From the NCBI GenBank assembly GCA_000388065.2, contig KB932226.1: 7,837 nucleotides of DNA; one strand, 5' to 3'. A model generated the notes under the pieces. That model was not told the origin of the DNA and did not search any database. It saw only the letters and a list, made by a program, of their open reading frames with translations. The translations under genes were made by a program, and so were the position numbers. This document shows, piece by piece, positions 6,653 to 7,837 of the stretch. Source of the DNA: Fonticula alba ATCC 38817. Taxonomy: Eukaryota > Protista > Nucleariida. The first letter of the stretch is position 1. The number at the start of each line of letters is the position of its first letter.

Positions 6653-7837
6653 TGCGCCCCCTGCAACCCCCTGTGCGGCCAGTGCTCCGGGCCCTCGGCC
6701 GACGAGTGCACCGCCTGCGCCTTTTGGATGGCGGACGCGCCGACGGCCTGGTTGGCCGCCTGCCCGGCCGGGCTCTGCCCCTCGGCCCAGGGCCAGTGCC
6801 TGTGCCACCCATCGTGCGACCGGTGCGCCCAGCCGGTCCCCAGCGAGCCCCACGTGTGCTCCCAGTGCCGGAGCGCCTCTGTCCCGGCGGTGTCCGGCTC
6901 GCCGGCCGACCACCGCCTGGCCTGTGACCCGGCATGCGCCGAGTGCCACGTCCCCGGGGGGACCCTGGCGCCTGCAGTGCCTGCCCGGCGCCCGGCCGGC
7001 TCCTTGACCGGACCTGCGTCGAGGCCTGTCCCTCCGCCCACTGGCCGGACACGCTGGCCGGGGCAGGCGTGCCCTGTCCGGCCGGCTGCGCCCCGTGCAC
7101 CTCGAGCACCACATGCGTCGGCTGCCGCGCTGGGTATCGGCCCGAGGCCGGCGGCCTGTGCCGGCCCTGCCCCGGGTCCTGCGCCACCTGCACCCCGGAG
7201 GCCGCCTGCGACACGTGCATGGCCGGGCTGGCCTTCCTGGACCCGGACCCGGGCGTGCCGTCCCTCTGCGGCAGCACCTGCACCCTGGGCGAGTATGTCG
7301 GGGCTGGCCGGTGCGCCGCGTGCGATGGGTCGTGTGAGCTGTGCGCCGGCCGGCCGGACCGGTGCCAGGTGTGTGCGCCGAGAGCTTCCGCTGGGGCGCG
7401 GTCCCTGGCCCCGGGGCCGCTGGGACATGTGTCGCCTGTGAGCCTGGGTGCGCCTCCTGCACGAGCACCGCATGTCTGTCCGCCGAGACGGGGCTCCTGC
7501 TGAGCTCCGGTGGGCAGTGTGCCAGTGCTTGCCCGGCCGGGTGGCACAGCAACGGCGAGTCGTGCCAGCCGTGCGACATTAGTTGCGCCGCCTGCGTCGG
7601 TGGCATGGTCAACCAGTGCGCGGGCTGTGCCGCCGGGCTGGGGCTTGTCGAGGTCACCCCCGGTATCGGCGCCTGCGTGTCCGGCTGCCCGGAGGGCCAG
7701 TACCGCGCGGGGGCCGGGTGCCTGCCCTGCGACGCGGCCTGCGCCACGTGCAACGGCCCCACGGACAAGGACTGCTGGCGGTGTGCCTCCGGCGTCCTGC
7801 AGGGCGGCGACTGCGTGCAGGCCTGCGCCGCCAGGCA
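6653..7837 (+). other. Array of furin-like / growth-factor-receptor-type Cys-rich repeats (CxxCxxxCxxC...CVxxCPxGY/W)
   Basis: Repeated motifs CAPCNPLCGQCSGP, CHPSCDRC, CDPACAEC, CVEACPSAHW, CPGSCATC, CDGSCELC, CPAGW, CDISCAAC, CPEGQY, CDAACATCNGP; the spacing is typical of FU repeats. Confidence 0.85.

Larger units (their letters stand above)
3801..7837 (+). pseudogene. Gene B: large secreted/surface protein with furin-like Cys-rich repeats, 3'-partial, multiply frameshifted (pseudogene or assembly errors); exons 3801..4998 and 5153..>7837; ~1,300 aa reconstructed
   Basis: Signal peptide MGPPAARLPGLLLLLPGLLAA|SEPEV at 3801. Protein-like sequence hops between track ORFs at ~4140, ~4467, ~4738, 5508-5521, ~6190-6226, 6956-6961 and ~7372, with no stop codon in any segment. 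It is homologous to gene A. The final open segment (7374-7837, not in the track) reads CAESFRWG...CVACEPGCASCTSTACLS...CASACPAGWHSNGESCQPCDISCAACVGG...CLPCDAACATCNGPTDKDCWRC. Confidence 0.75.

Noticed and set aside
4140-7373. Tiny introns explaining the frameshifts
   Set aside because: No convincing GT...AG pairs with branch or pyrimidine signals bracket the junctions, and protein-like sequence continues directly on both sides.
7501-7503. TGA in a Cys-rich region as selenocysteine or readthrough
   Set aside because: It lies in the abandoned frame after the ~7372 shift; the Cys-repeat frame reads CTG CTG AGC through it.
4626-7768. Long minus-strand ORFs (4626..6281, 5539..7473, 6002..7768, 6315..7547)
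   Set aside because: Antisense shadows of gene B with low-complexity composition and no recognisable motifs.
3801-7837. Programmed -1 ribosomal frameshifting as the explanation of the frame changes
   Set aside because: No canonical X XXY YYZ (Y = A/U) slippery heptamers at the junctions, and seven serial events would give negligible full-length product.
6653-7837. Assignment to PCSK5/furin or Giardia VSP
   Set aside because: Only the generic CxxC/furin-like repeat is shared. No subtilisin catalytic or P domain is present, and the N-terminal modules and introns do not fit VSPs, so no gene symbol is given.

Overview
Very GC-rich eukaryotic genomic DNA (roughly 70% or more GC by eye) with spliceosomal GT-AG introns and microsatellites. 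It holds two large, head-to-head, paralogous genes for secreted or surface proteins, separated by a 1.6 kb intergenic region (2196-3800). Gene A is on the minus strand (ATG 2195, running off the left edge) and gene B on the plus strand (ATG 3801, running off the right edge). Both reconstruct as signal peptide, ~400 aa Cys-poor module, Cys-rich unit split by a phase-1 intron at the same aligned position, then a second Cys-poor module; gene B continues into a long array of furin-like CxxC repeats. The style recalls the expanded Cys-rich receptor/TKL-kinase ectodomain family of Fonticula alba, but this is recognition from memory and unverified; no transmembrane or kinase domain lies in the window. 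Gene A has 1 frameshift and gene B at least 7 net frameshifts, plus several lost cysteines but no nonsense codons, so they are either decaying pseudogenes or homopolymer errors in the assembly. Most ORFs in the supplied track are shadow ORFs or fragments of these two genes.
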